This document shows positions 28,381 through 36,744 of a stretch of 50,168 bases of DNA, one piece after another; within the stretch, counting starts at the first letter, position 1; the number at the start of each line of letters is the position of its first letter. Both the position numbers and the translations under genes were made by a program. The stretch is from the NCBI GenBank assembly GCA_017958565.1, contig JAGDCJ010000039.1, positions 1-50,168 of the forward strand, read 5' to 3'. The notes below the pieces were generated by a model. That model saw only the letters and a list, made by a program, of their open reading frames with translations. It did not search any database and was not told where the DNA came from. Source of the stretch: Opitutales bacterium (GTDB taxonomy: Bacteria; Verrucomicrobiota; Verrucomicrobiia; Opitutales; UBA9783).

Positions 28381-29607
28381 GTGATGGAAAGTTTCATAAA
28401 CATAACATTACAGGATCAAAATGATTTAGACCTAGAATGGAAAGGGAGTGGATATCAACGATTGGCGTTATTTGCCATGATATCTTATTATGCAAAATTA
28501 ATAAAAGACAAGAAGGTAATATGGGGAATAGATGAGCCAGAGGGATCTTTACAATCGAAATTGCAAAAACATACTTTCCAAAACCTGAAGAAACTCGCCC
28601 AAAATCACTGTATAATCATAACAACACATTCAAGCTTTTTTATTGATATACATCATTTAGACACAACTTTTCTCCTGGAAAGCAACCCTGCCCCCAAAAA
28701 GCACAGGAAGAAGGAAAAAGTGTATCGAAATACAACTTTCATTAGCCCAAGTACCGGACCCGAAAAATTGAAATTGATAAAAAACTACATAGGTATCGAC
28801 GCAGTAGATACTTGGGAACTCTTCCCTAACAATATTTTGGTTGAAGGTAAAACCGATCGAAACTACCTCCAAACTTTAGCGGAAGCTTTACAATTACAAT
28901 GCCCTAACATAATTCCAGTTCATGGCGCACAGAATATGCGCATACATCTTCCGTTTTACAACAGCCATAGGGCAGATGACGATCAAGCTAAAGACAATAC
29001 TGAAAGCAGCAAAGAACCAAAACCTAAAATTACGTGTTTGCTCGACCGTGATCAAGAGGGGAGAGACGTATATAAAAAGATAAAGCCACATTCTTATGAA
29101 AATATAGAGGTTAGCACAGAATACGTTTGTGGTGCTGATGATGATAAATTAAAAGATAAATTCCGTAGGACAATTGAAGATCTTGTTTATCCAAAAGTAA
29201 TATTGCACGCAACAAATCAATTTTTAACATTGAAGAAGCTCAACAAAATTCCTGAAGACTGCCTCGAGAAACGCTTAACCGAGGCATACCAGGAAAAAAC
29301 TTTTTTGGAATTTTTAGCGGAACAAGCTCGGCATGCAGATAGCCGCTGTAATCTTAATTTTAATGAAAAAGGTATAAAAAGCGAAATATGCACAGGGGCA
29401 ATACAGTACATAAAAAACCCTCCGGAGGGAATTAAAAAATTGGATGAAAGCCATCCGCAGGTAAGAAAATTTTTACAAAAATTATTTACATTTCGGAAAA
29501 ACTCGGAAGAAGGACCTAAACCGGCACAAACAGGAGGAAGCAATGAACGGAACGATAAAAAATCACCAAAACCTGTAGAGAACAGACAATTGCCTTTTCT
29601 TTCATAA
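28381..29607 (+). CDS. OLD-family nuclease, C-terminal fragment (ABC signature/Walker B/H-loop plus Toprim domain)
   Basis: GSGYQRL (28444-28464), VIWGIDEPE (28516-28542), TTHS (28621-28632), Toprim ILVEGKTD (Glu at 28843-28845) and LLDRDQEG (DxD at 29044-29052). The nominal start is GTG 28381 or ATG 28384, and neither has a well-spaced SD. Confidence 0.75.
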   Translation: MMESFINITLQDQNDLDLEWKGSGYQRLALFAMISYYAKLIKDKKVIWGIDEPEGSLQSKLQKHTFQNLKKLAQNHCIIITTHSSFFIDIHHLDTTFLLESNPAPKKHRKKEKVYRNTTFISPSTGPEKLKLIKNYIGIDAVDTWELFPNNILVEGKTDRNYLQTLAEALQLQCPNIIPVHGAQNMRIHLPFYNSHRADDDQAKDNTESSKEPKPKITCLLDRDQEGRDVYKKIKPHSYENIEVSTEYVCGADDDKLKDKFRRTIEDLVYPKVILHATNQFLTLKKLNKIPEDCLEKRLTEAYQEKTFLEFLAEQARHADSRCNLNFNEKGIKSEICTGAIQYIKNPPEGIKKLDESHPQVRKFLQKLFTFRKNSEEGPKPAQTGGSNERNDKKSPKPVENRQLPFLS

Positions 29608-29703
29608 CTTGCAGGCTTTTGTATGCGTATTATGTTTTTGAAACAGCACAGAAGCATTCCTTCTTTGCAACCGAAAGAAGTCCCCTAAATCCACTGCTAT
29701 GCC

Positions 29704-29793
29704 TGGCGGAGAGGGGGGGATTCGAACCCCCGATACGCTTTCACGTATGCAGCATTTCCAATGCTGTGCATTCGGCCGCTCTGCCACCTCTCC
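29704..29793 (-). tRNA. tRNA-Ser (anticodon GGA), long variable arm, CCA encoded
   Basis: The reverse complement reads ggagagg-tg-gcag...cagca-ttGGAaa-tgctg-catacgtgaaagcgtatc-ggggg-ttcgaat-ccccc-cctctcc-g-cca. Confidence 0.9.
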
Positions 29794-29922
29794 GGACATT
29801 CTCAATATGGGAAAAAACAAGACACATCTTCAAGTTTAAAACATGAAGGCGGATCTTTATATCGAAAAGCATCCAAACCCACCGTTGATGACAACCCGTT
29901 TACCAAGAGCAGAAAGTTGCCC

Positions 29923-31137
29923 TTATTTCGAAACCGCAACGGTTCTTTTCAATCCCAACACATATTCCACATCCTTATCGCCGCGTCCGGAAAGATTTAC
30001 AAGGATCTTGCGGAATTTTTTCTCTTTTGCCAAACGTACAGCGTAAGCGACCGCGTGCGCGCTCTCCAATGCCGGGATGATACCTTCCGTTCTTGAAAGT
30101 TCAAAAAATGCATCCAACGCTTCCGCATCCGAAACAGTATCATAATGGACACGCCCGATGGTTTTCAGGTAACAGTGCTTGGGTCCAACGCCGGGGTAAT
30201 CCAATCCGCTGGCGATCGAATACGCATTCGCAACGTTCCCGTGTTCATCCTGCAACACAAGATTTTTGAAACCGTGCAAAATTCCCTCCTTCCCATAGGT
30301 GATACTAGCGGCGTGTGAACCGAGAGAGGTTCCTTTCCCAAGTGGTTCAACACCAAACAACGCCACCGATGGGTCATGCAAGAAACCGTTAAAAATTCCA
30401 AGAGCATTGGAACCGCCACCAACACAAGCAATTACGCATTCTGGCAAACTACCGGTTAATTCCGTAAATTGCGCACGCGCTTCTTTCCCCACAATCGACT
30501 GAAAATATTCTACCATCATCGGGAACGGATGCGGTCCGACCACGGAACCAATGGCATATAACACATCCGGATAAGTTTTGCTGTAAACCTCAAAAGCTGC
30601 ATCAACAGCATCCTTCAATGTTTGCGTGCCGCTCGTAACCGAAATTACCTTTGCACCTAACAGTTTCATGCGATCCACGTTCGGCTTTTCCTTGGCAACA
30701 TCCACCGCCCCCATGTAAATATCGCATTCGAGCCCGACGAATGCGGCTGCCGTTGCAAGCGCGACACCGTGTTGTCCGGCACCTGTTTCGGCGATCAATT
30801 TTTTCTTGCCCATTCTCTTCGCTAACAACGCCTCGCCGAGACAATGATTGATTTTATGCGCACCCGTATGATTTAAATCTTCGCGCTTTAGATAAAGATC
30901 TGCTCCATACTTTCGGGAAAGATTTTTGGCGAAATAAACAGGGCTCGGTCGACCAACATAATGCGTATAAAGATCGCTCAATTCGGCATGAAATTTGACA
31001 TCCTTCTTACAGTTCAAAAAGGCCGCCGTGATATTTTCAAATTCCGCCTTCAAACACTCCGGCACAAACGCGCCGCCAAAAGTTCCGTAAAAACCATCTT
31101 TGTCCGGATTGTCCAAAAATTCCACAAAACCATACAA
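29923..31137 (-). CDS. trpB: tryptophan synthase beta chain (no trpA or other trp genes in window)
   Basis: Contains [24 protein letters not shown] (PLP lysine), [14 protein letters not shown] and GLDYPGVGP. The start is a TTG at 31137; a GTG 4 codons downstream is an alternative. Confidence 0.9.
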   Translation of the reverse strand: MYGFVEFLDNPDKDGFYGTFGGAFVPECLKAEFENITAAFLNCKKDVKFHAELSDLYTHYVGRPSPVYFAKNLSRKYGADLYLKREDLNHTGAHKINHCLGEALLAKRMGKKKLIAETGAGQHGVALATAAAFVGLECDIYMGAVDVAKEKPNVDRMKLLGAKVISVTSGTQTLKDAVDAAFEVYSKTYPDVLYAIGSVVGPHPFPMMVEYFQSIVGKEARAQFTELTGSLPECVIACVGGGSNALGIFNGFLHDPSVALFGVEPLGKGTSLGSHAASITYGKEGILHGFKNLVLQDEHGNVANAYSIASGLDYPGVGPKHCYLKTIGRVHYDTVSDAEALDAFFELSRTEGIIPALESAHAVAYAVRLAKEKKFRKILVNLSGRGDKDVEYVLGLKRTVAVSK

Positions 31138-31210
31138 ACATCCAAAGAATTTGCTTGCAAGTCAAAATAAGCCACCTTGTGCGTATCGTACGCCCGAAAC
31201 ACCACTGGAC

Positions 31211-31231
31211 AAAAAACGCCTCGCGACGCTT
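31211..31231 (-). terminator. rho-independent terminator downstream of the pyrophosphatase gene
   Basis: The minus strand reads AGCGTC-GCGA-GGCGTT followed by TTTTT. This is a GC-rich stem (2 G-U pairs) with a GNRA loop, about 80 nt after the stop at 31311. Confidence 0.5.
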
Positions 31232-31310
31232 TCAAGCGACAAACTCTAGAATCTTATCGGATTCTTTGATAGAAAGCCAAACTTTTGTCCGAGCTACTTG
31301 TTGGGATCCT

Positions 31311-33488
31311 CTAAAACTGGAATGCCAACGTTAAACCGGAGCCGACAATCGATGCGATCGTCATCAGTTTCAGCAAAATATTCAAAGAGGGACCGGCCGT
31401 ATCTTTAAACGGATCCCCCACCGTATCGCCAATAACCGCGGCTTTATGCGCTTCCGAACCTTTCCCTCCAAAATGGCCTTCCTCGATATACTTTTTGGCG
31501 TTATCCCAAGCACCACCGGCATTGGCCATAAAAATCGCCAATACAAACCCGCTGGCCAATGTTCCGGCCAACAAGCCGATCACACCCGCTACCCCTAAAC
31601 AAATCCCAACCAAGAAAGGGAACGTAATACATAAAAGAGCCGGCAGTAACATTTCTTTTTGCGCAGATTCCGTAGAAATCCGCACACATCGCGAATAATC
31701 CGGTTTTGCTTCTCCGGTTAAAATTCCCTTAATTTCTCGAAATTGACAGCGGACCTCATCCACCATTTTGGAAGCCGCACGGCCCACGGCATTCATCGAT
31801 AATCCGCAAAAGACAAAAGCCAGCATCGATCCGATGAACATTCCCATCAACACTTTTGGATTCAACAAATGCACTTCAAAAAAGTGCATCAATTCCACCA
31901 AAGACACATCGCTGGTTTTAATCATCTCCCCATTGATTTCCACAAACTCTTTGCCCATCCGCATTAAGCCGCATTTTAATTCTTGCACGTACGACGCAAC
32001 AAGTGCCAATGCCGTTAAGGCTGCAGAACCAATCGCAAAACCTTTTCCTGTAGCCGCCGTCGTATTCCCGATCGCATCCAAGGCATCGGTTCGTTGGCGA
32101 ACCTCTTTCGGCAAACCACTCATTTCTGCATTTCCACCGGCATTATCCGCAATCGGTCCATACGCATCCGTCGCAAGCGTAATTCCCAACGTGGAAAGCA
32201 TTCCGACCGCTGCCAATCCAATACCATACAATCCTTTATTAAAGGCAGTTGCTTGAAATTGCGAAGCAAGGCCAAAGGCGATCGCCATTCCAATAACTAC
32301 TGCAAACACTGGAATCATGGTAGAAGACATCCCGGCTCCTAACCCACCAATCACAACCGGACCAGCACCGCTTTCTGCTTGCTGAGAAATCAATCGTGTC
32401 GGTTTATACTCTGCTGATGTGTAGTATTCACACGCTTTCCCAATGACGATACCGGTAATCAATCCTGCAATCAAAGATCCCCATAAATAAACGCCCAATC
32501 CCAACCATTGCAAAAGGAAATAGGAAAGGATCACCAAGCCGATCGCTGCCACATGAATTCCATGATCGAGCGCTTTTAAAATTGCTTTTCCGGATTCTAC
32601 ACACCCAACCCTTACTTGAAAAATACCGACTAGGGACAAAACAATACCCAATGCCCCGATCAGCGCAGGAGCAAGAACCGCATTCCACTGTAAGTTTGGT
32701 TGATGAAAGAAAGCAATCGCACCCAAAGAAGCAGCTGCAATAATGGAACCGTAATACGATTCATACAGATCGGCCCCCATTCCGGCTACATCCCCAACGT
32801 TATCCCCTACGTTATCGGCAATGGTTGCTGGATTTCTCGGATCATCTTCCGGAATATTCGCCTCTACCTTCCCAACTAAATCGGCTCCTACATCGGCCGC
32901 TTTTGTGAAAATTCCCCCTCCAACACGGGCCAATAAGGCATTTGTGGAGGCTCCGATCCCAAACGTAACCATGGTGGTCGTAATCAACAAAACCCGTTCG
33001 GCTTCCGAAGCACCTACCGCACAATGTTTTAGCACAAAGAACCAAAAAGAGTAATCGAGCAACGCCAAACCGACTACCACCAAACCCATCACCGCACCGC
33101 TCCGAAAGGCAACCGTCAACCCTCTATTCAAAGAAGTTCGCGCCGCTTCAGCGGTTCGTGCAGAAGCAGCTGTTGCCGTTTTCATTCCCAAAAACCCGGC
33201 AAGTCCTGAGAAAAACCCGCTGGTTAAAAAGGCAAACGGAACCCATTCGTTTTGTAACTGAAATCGATAGGCTAAAATTCCCAAAAAAACGGCTAAAATC
33301 AGGAAAAGGAACAACACCACCTTATATTGCTGCTTCAAATACGCCATGGCTCCTTCGCGAACATAACCCGCAATGGAACGCATGGTTTCATTCCCTTCAC
33401 TTTCTTGCTTCATTTGTTTATAAAAGTACGCTGCAAACATCAACGCACTGCATCCGGCAACGGGGACAAACCAAAAGATTTCACTCAT
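31311..33488 (-). CDS. hppA: membrane-bound ion-translocating inorganic pyrophosphatase
   Basis: 725 aa and highly hydrophobic. H+/Na+-PPase motifs are present (GGIFTKAADVGADLVGKVE, DNVGDNVGD, AGGAWDNAKKYIE, GDTVGDPFKDTAGPS). Confidence 0.93.
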   Translation of the reverse strand: MSEIFWFVPVAGCSALMFAAYFYKQMKQESEGNETMRSIAGYVREGAMAYLKQQYKVVLFLFLILAVFLGILAYRFQLQNEWVPFAFLTSGFFSGLAGFLGMKTATAASARTAEAARTSLNRGLTVAFRSGAVMGLVVVGLALLDYSFWFFVLKHCAVGASEAERVLLITTTMVTFGIGASTNALLARVGGGIFTKAADVGADLVGKVEANIPEDDPRNPATIADNVGDNVGDVAGMGADLYESYYGSIIAAASLGAIAFFHQPNLQWNAVLAPALIGALGIVLSLVGIFQVRVGCVESGKAILKALDHGIHVAAIGLVILSYFLLQWLGLGVYLWGSLIAGLITGIVIGKACEYYTSAEYKPTRLISQQAESGAGPVVIGGLGAGMSSTMIPVFAVVIGMAIAFGLASQFQATAFNKGLYGIGLAAVGMLSTLGITLATDAYGPIADNAGGNAEMSGLPKEVRQRTDALDAIGNTTAATGKGFAIGSAALTALALVASYVQELKCGLMRMGKEFVEINGEMIKTSDVSLVELMHFFEVHLLNPKVLMGMFIGSMLAFVFCGLSMNAVGRAASKMVDEVRCQFREIKGILTGEAKPDYSRCVRISTESAQKEMLLPALLCITFPFLVGICLGVAGVIGLLAGTLASGFVLAIFMANAGGAWDNAKKYIEEGHFGGKGSEAHKAAVIGDTVGDPFKDTAGPSLNILLKLMTIASIVGSGLTLAFQF

Positions 33489-33619
33489 GTTATTCCTTTT
33501 TAAAAATTTTTTTTAGTCTACTTTAATATCTTTCCCATCAGCAAGTTTTTTCGCAAACAAGAAAAATTTTCTCGACGTTTATGCGAAAAACGAAGGGCAT
33601 TGGAAACGAGGTTTTTTAC

Positions 33620-33647
33620 TTGATTTCTGCGGACTCAGTTGCATAAT
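33620..33647 (+). promoter_or_regulatory. candidate sigma-70 promoter for the tRNA-Lys/Thr(/Leu)-serS cluster
   Basis: TTGATT (33620-33625), a 16-nt spacer, then CATAAT (33642-33647). The tRNA-Lys 5' end is 14 nt downstream. Confidence 0.35.
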
Positions 33648-33660
33648 AAGCTTTGTTTGT

Positions 33661-33735
33661 GCCCGGCTAGCTCAACGGTAGAGCAACTGACTCTTAATCA
33701 GTGGGTTGGGGGTTCGAAACCCCCGTCGGGTACCA
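33661..33735 (+). tRNA. tRNA-Lys (anticodon CTT), CCA encoded
   Basis: D stem gctc/gagc, anticodon stem actga/tcagt with loop ctCTTaa, T arm ggggg-ttcgaaa-ccccc. The acceptor gcccggc/gtcgggt has two G-U pairs, including 1:72, hence slightly lower confidence. Confidence 0.82.
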
Positions 33736-33736
33736 T

Positions 33737-33811
33737 GCCGGCTTAGCTCAGTGGCAGAGCATCTGTTTTGTAAACAGGGGGTCGTCAGTTCAACCCTGAC
33801 AGCCGGCTCCA
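33737..33811 (+). tRNA. tRNA-Thr (anticodon TGT), CCA encoded
   Basis: Acceptor gccggct/agccggc, anticodon loop ttTGTaa, T arm gtcag-ttcaacc-ctgac. It starts 1 nt after tRNA-Lys. Confidence 0.9.
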
Positions 33812-33930
33812 TGTCGGCTTGCTGATTCCATTTTTCTGCGATTTGTTCCCTAACAGCTCCTGGTTTTGACAACAAAGGAGCTGAGAATAAACTTGCCTGC
33901 TTCTTAATATGAAATAAATTGAAAACAGTC

Positions 33931-34014
33931 GCCCAGGTGGTGGAATGGTAGACACGCATGTTTGAGGTGCATGTGCTGAAAGGCTTACGGGTTCAAGTCC
34001 CGTCTTGGGCACCA
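33931..34014 (+). tRNA. tRNA-Leu (anticodon GAG), long variable arm, CCA encoded
   Basis: Acceptor gcccagg/cttgggc, anticodon stem catgt/gcatg with loop ttGAGgt, variable arm tgctgaaaggctt, T arm acggg-ttcaagt-cccgt. Confidence 0.87.
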
Positions 34015-34034
34015 GAAGTTTAAAAAACGGTCAT

Positions 34035-35354
34035 ATGTTAGACATTCATTATTTTCGCGAACACTTTGAGGAAGTCAAACAACGATTGGCAACCAAACAC
34101 TTTGCTTGCGATTGTGAAGTAGTACGACAGCTGGATCAACAACGTTTAAGCAGTCGTAAAACATTCGAAGCCGCTCGTGCGCAACAGCAAGCAGAAAGCA
34201 AAAAAATGGGCACAGTCGATAAAACTGCTGCAGAACTTCAAACCATTCTTCAAAAGCTCAAAACGTTATCAAAGGAAGCCAAAACATTAGAAATGACACA
34301 TAAAGCAGATGAAAACGCTTTTCAAGAAGCTTGGTTAACCGTGCCAAATCTTCCGGATCCGTCCGTTTCAACTGGGAAAACGTCGCAAGAGAATCAAGAG
34401 CGGAAACAATGGCATCCAGAAAACGAAGATTTTTCCCGAAGTTGTCCGCATTATGAACTACCTGGGTTTGAAAATGGGATCGATTTTAACCGCGGAACCA
34501 AAGTGATGGGCGCCGGATTTCCATTCTACGTCGGACCCGTCGCGCGCCTTGTGCGAGCATTGATTGCGTTTTTTCTCGAAAAGGCACGTGATCATGGTTA
34601 CACGGAACTCTTACCACCCTTATTGGTTAATACGGCCAGCGCAACTGCCACCGGGCAACTTCCAGACAAAGAAGGCCAGATGTACGTCGCACGAAAGACG
34701 GTAATCGATGATAAAAATCAGCCAAGCAAGTTGATCGACGAAGGATATCTCATCCCTACAGCCGAAGTATCGGTCACCAATTTTTTCCGCGATGAAATTC
34801 TTTCGGAAGAAGATTTGCCAAAAAAATACTGCGCATATTCTCCCTGTTTCCGTCGGGAAGCGGGAAGCTGGGGCAAAGATGTTCGTGGCCTCAACCGTCT
34901 GCATCAATTTGATAAGGTGGAATTGGTGCAATGGGTACATCCGGAAGCAGGAAGGGACACCCTACCATCTTTGGTGAAAGAAGTGGAAAATCTTTTACAA
35001 GCATTAGAATTGCCTTACCGTGTGATGGAAATCTGTACCGGCGATCTAGGATTTCCGCATGCCAAACAATACGATTTGGAAGTGTGGGCAGCTGGCCAGC
35101 AACGTTGGTTGGAAGTTTCCAGCTGCAGCTGGTTTACCGATTTTCAAGCCCGGCGCGCCAACATCCGTTTCCGCGAAAAAAATGGCTCGTTACGCTTTGT
35201 CCATACCTTGAACGGTTCCGGCTTAGCCATCCCTCGCGTTCTAGCAGCCATGTTGGAAAACAATCATTGCGGAAATGGCCGCATTCGCATTCCGGCGGTT
35301 TTGGAGTATTGGCTGCCCAAAGAAGAAATCATCGATTTACAAAAAAATGGTTGA
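34035..35354 (+). CDS. serS: seryl-tRNA synthetase
   Basis: ATG 34035 gives MLDIHYFREHFEEVKQRL, the canonical SerS N-terminal coiled-coil arm. Class II motifs are present (LIPTAEV, FRREAGS, HTLNGSGLAIPR). The longer ORF from 34005 would start inside tRNA-Leu. Confidence 0.92.
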   Translation: MLDIHYFREHFEEVKQRLATKHFACDCEVVRQLDQQRLSSRKTFEAARAQQQAESKKMGTVDKTAAELQTILQKLKTLSKEAKTLEMTHKADENAFQEAWLTVPNLPDPSVSTGKTSQENQERKQWHPENEDFSRSCPHYELPGFENGIDFNRGTKVMGAGFPFYVGPVARLVRALIAFFLEKARDHGYTELLPPLLVNTASATATGQLPDKEGQMYVARKTVIDDKNQPSKLIDEGYLIPTAEVSVTNFFRDEILSEEDLPKKYCAYSPCFRREAGSWGKDVRGLNRLHQFDKVELVQWVHPEAGRDTLPSLVKEVENLLQALELPYRVMEICTGDLGFPHAKQYDLEVWAAGQQRWLEVSSCSWFTDFQARRANIRFREKNGSLRFVHTLNGSGLAIPRVLAAMLENNHCGNGRIRIPAVLEYWLPKEEIIDLQKNG

Positions 35355-35385
35355 CATTCGTCCATTTCTACAAAAAAGTAAAAGT

Positions 35386-36342
35386 ATGAAAATTTGGAAA
35401 AAATTACTCGCAGGTTTTAGTTTTTGCTCGATGCCGTTTGCTACTTTTGCAGAAGAGGCGGTTGTAAAAGCAGTAGAAGCAAAGGAAGAAAAAACAAATG
35501 CTGATGTTAAAAAAGTAGAGCAAAAAGAAGAAGCTGCTCCTACGAAAGAGCAAATTGCGTTGTACTTTAAAGTACTTGGATACTTGAATACGGCACAAAG
35601 TGGGTGTAAAAACCTAGATATGTCCGTGGAGGAACAAAAGAGTTACATCGAAGGTGTTCAATTAAGCCTGGAAGGAAAAGAACCACCAGCTAAATTCGGT
35701 GATATTATGGATCCTATGCAAAAATTCTTACAAACCCGTGCAGCGGCATATGAAAAAAAGCGTCAAGCGAAGATGAAAGAGGAAGCAGCGGAAAATCGCA
35801 AAAAATGGGAAGAATACGCCAAAAAGCTTGTCAATGAAAACAAAAACGTCAAAAAAACAGCTTCGGGATTGCTCTACGAGATCACTAAGCAAGACAACCC
35901 AAAGAATGAAAAAGCAAAGGAAGAGGATACGGTTGAAATTTTCTACCAAGGGAAACTGATCGATGGGAAAGTGTTCGATGAATCGAAAAAAAATCCGGTC
36001 AAATTCCCGCTAAGTGGTGTTATTCCGGGAATGAAAGAAGGCTTGCAGTTGGTCGGAGAAGGAGATTCGATTACGTTGTACATTCCGGATCATTTAGCAT
36101 ACGGTGAGTACGAACTTCCTGCAATTCCTGCAGGTTCGGCATTGATTTTCGAAGTAACGGTTGTCAAAGTAACGAAGCCTGTAAAGGATGCTGTTCCCAA
36201 AGCAGAACCAAAAGAAGCAAAAATTTCAAAGGAAGCTGATAAAGCAGCAGAAGCCATACCGCAAGAAACGGAAAAAATAAAAGAAAACAGCGCACCCAAA
36301 AAGGGAAAGAAATCTAAAAATATCAAGGGTTCTTTAGAGTAA
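35386..36342 (+). CDS. FKBP-type peptidyl-prolyl isomerase, Mip-like, secreted
   Basis: Signal peptide MKIWKKLLAGFSFCSMPFATFA, then a Lys/Glu-rich helical N-domain. The FKBP core follows (VEIFYQGKLIDGKVFDES...VIPGMKEGLQLVGEGDSITLYIPDHLAYGE...LIFEVTVVKV), then a Lys-rich tail. Confidence 0.85.
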   Translation: MKIWKKLLAGFSFCSMPFATFAEEAVVKAVEAKEEKTNADVKKVEQKEEAAPTKEQIALYFKVLGYLNTAQSGCKNLDMSVEEQKSYIEGVQLSLEGKEPPAKFGDIMDPMQKFLQTRAAAYEKKRQAKMKEEAAENRKKWEEYAKKLVNENKNVKKTASGLLYEITKQDNPKNEKAKEEDTVEIFYQGKLIDGKVFDESKKNPVKFPLSGVIPGMKEGLQLVGEGDSITLYIPDHLAYGEYELPAIPAGSALIFEVTVVKVTKPVKDAVPKAEPKEAKISKEADKAAEAIPQETEKIKENSAPKKGKKSKNIKGSLE

Positions 36343-36366
36343 AGTCTTTTCTTATTTTTTCAAAAC

Positions 36367-36399
36367 AAGCGAAAAAGAAATTTTTCGCTTTTTTGTTTT
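36367..36399 (+). terminator. rho-independent terminator of the FKBP gene
   Basis: AAGCGAAAAA-gaaa-TTTTTCGCTT (10-bp stem) followed by TTTTGTTTT. Confidence 0.7.
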
Positions 36400-36625
36400 G
36401 TAAAACCGAAAAAACGTCTGATAAGATGGGCAGGTGCCTTTGTATGGACGGATTTTATCGATCATAAAATTATCCTAACAATGAAGATGAAGGGATTTCG
36501 GGAGTCATGTCGCTGTCACACCCACAAGATGGGATCACAAAAGCATTACCAAGAAAACCCACTTATTATGCAAGAGGCATAATTTTTCATCGGACGTCCA
36601 TCGGCACCCCTGAAACCTCTTTCAT

Positions 36626-36661
36626 AAAAAAAGGATCGATGATAAAAGAAATCTACGATCC
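36626..36661 (-). terminator. possible terminator downstream of the sigma-54 regulator gene
   Basis: The minus strand reads GGATCG-(17-nt loop)-CGATCC followed by TTTTTTT, about 85 nt after the stop at 36745. The stem is short and the loop long. Confidence 0.35.
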
Positions 36662-36744
36662 TCGTCCAACTGAAAATAAATGGACCCTATCCTCGATCCT
36701 TCGATTCCTCTATAGGTATTTTTTGCAACATGTTTGCACAAAAC

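Larger units (their letters stand above)
27664..29703. other. AT-rich accessory islet bracketed by the 3' ends of tRNA-Pro and tRNA-Ser
   Basis: Hand counts of sampled 60-nt lines inside give 35-37% GC (28021, 28981), versus 45-52% in flanking genes (26401, 13081, 30421). Its only cargo is the OLD-like ATPase/Toprim reading frame. Confidence 0.6.

Noticed and set aside
29217-29657. 146-aa ORF antisense to the 3' part of the OLD-like gene, plus the 71-aa and 65-aa antisense ORFs at 28657-28872 and 28894-29091, considered as possible partner genes or an antitoxin.
   Set aside because: They are fully embedded antisense in a reading frame with clear conserved motifs. Their composition is Cys/Phe/Leu-rich shadow-ORF-like, with no motifs and no RBS.
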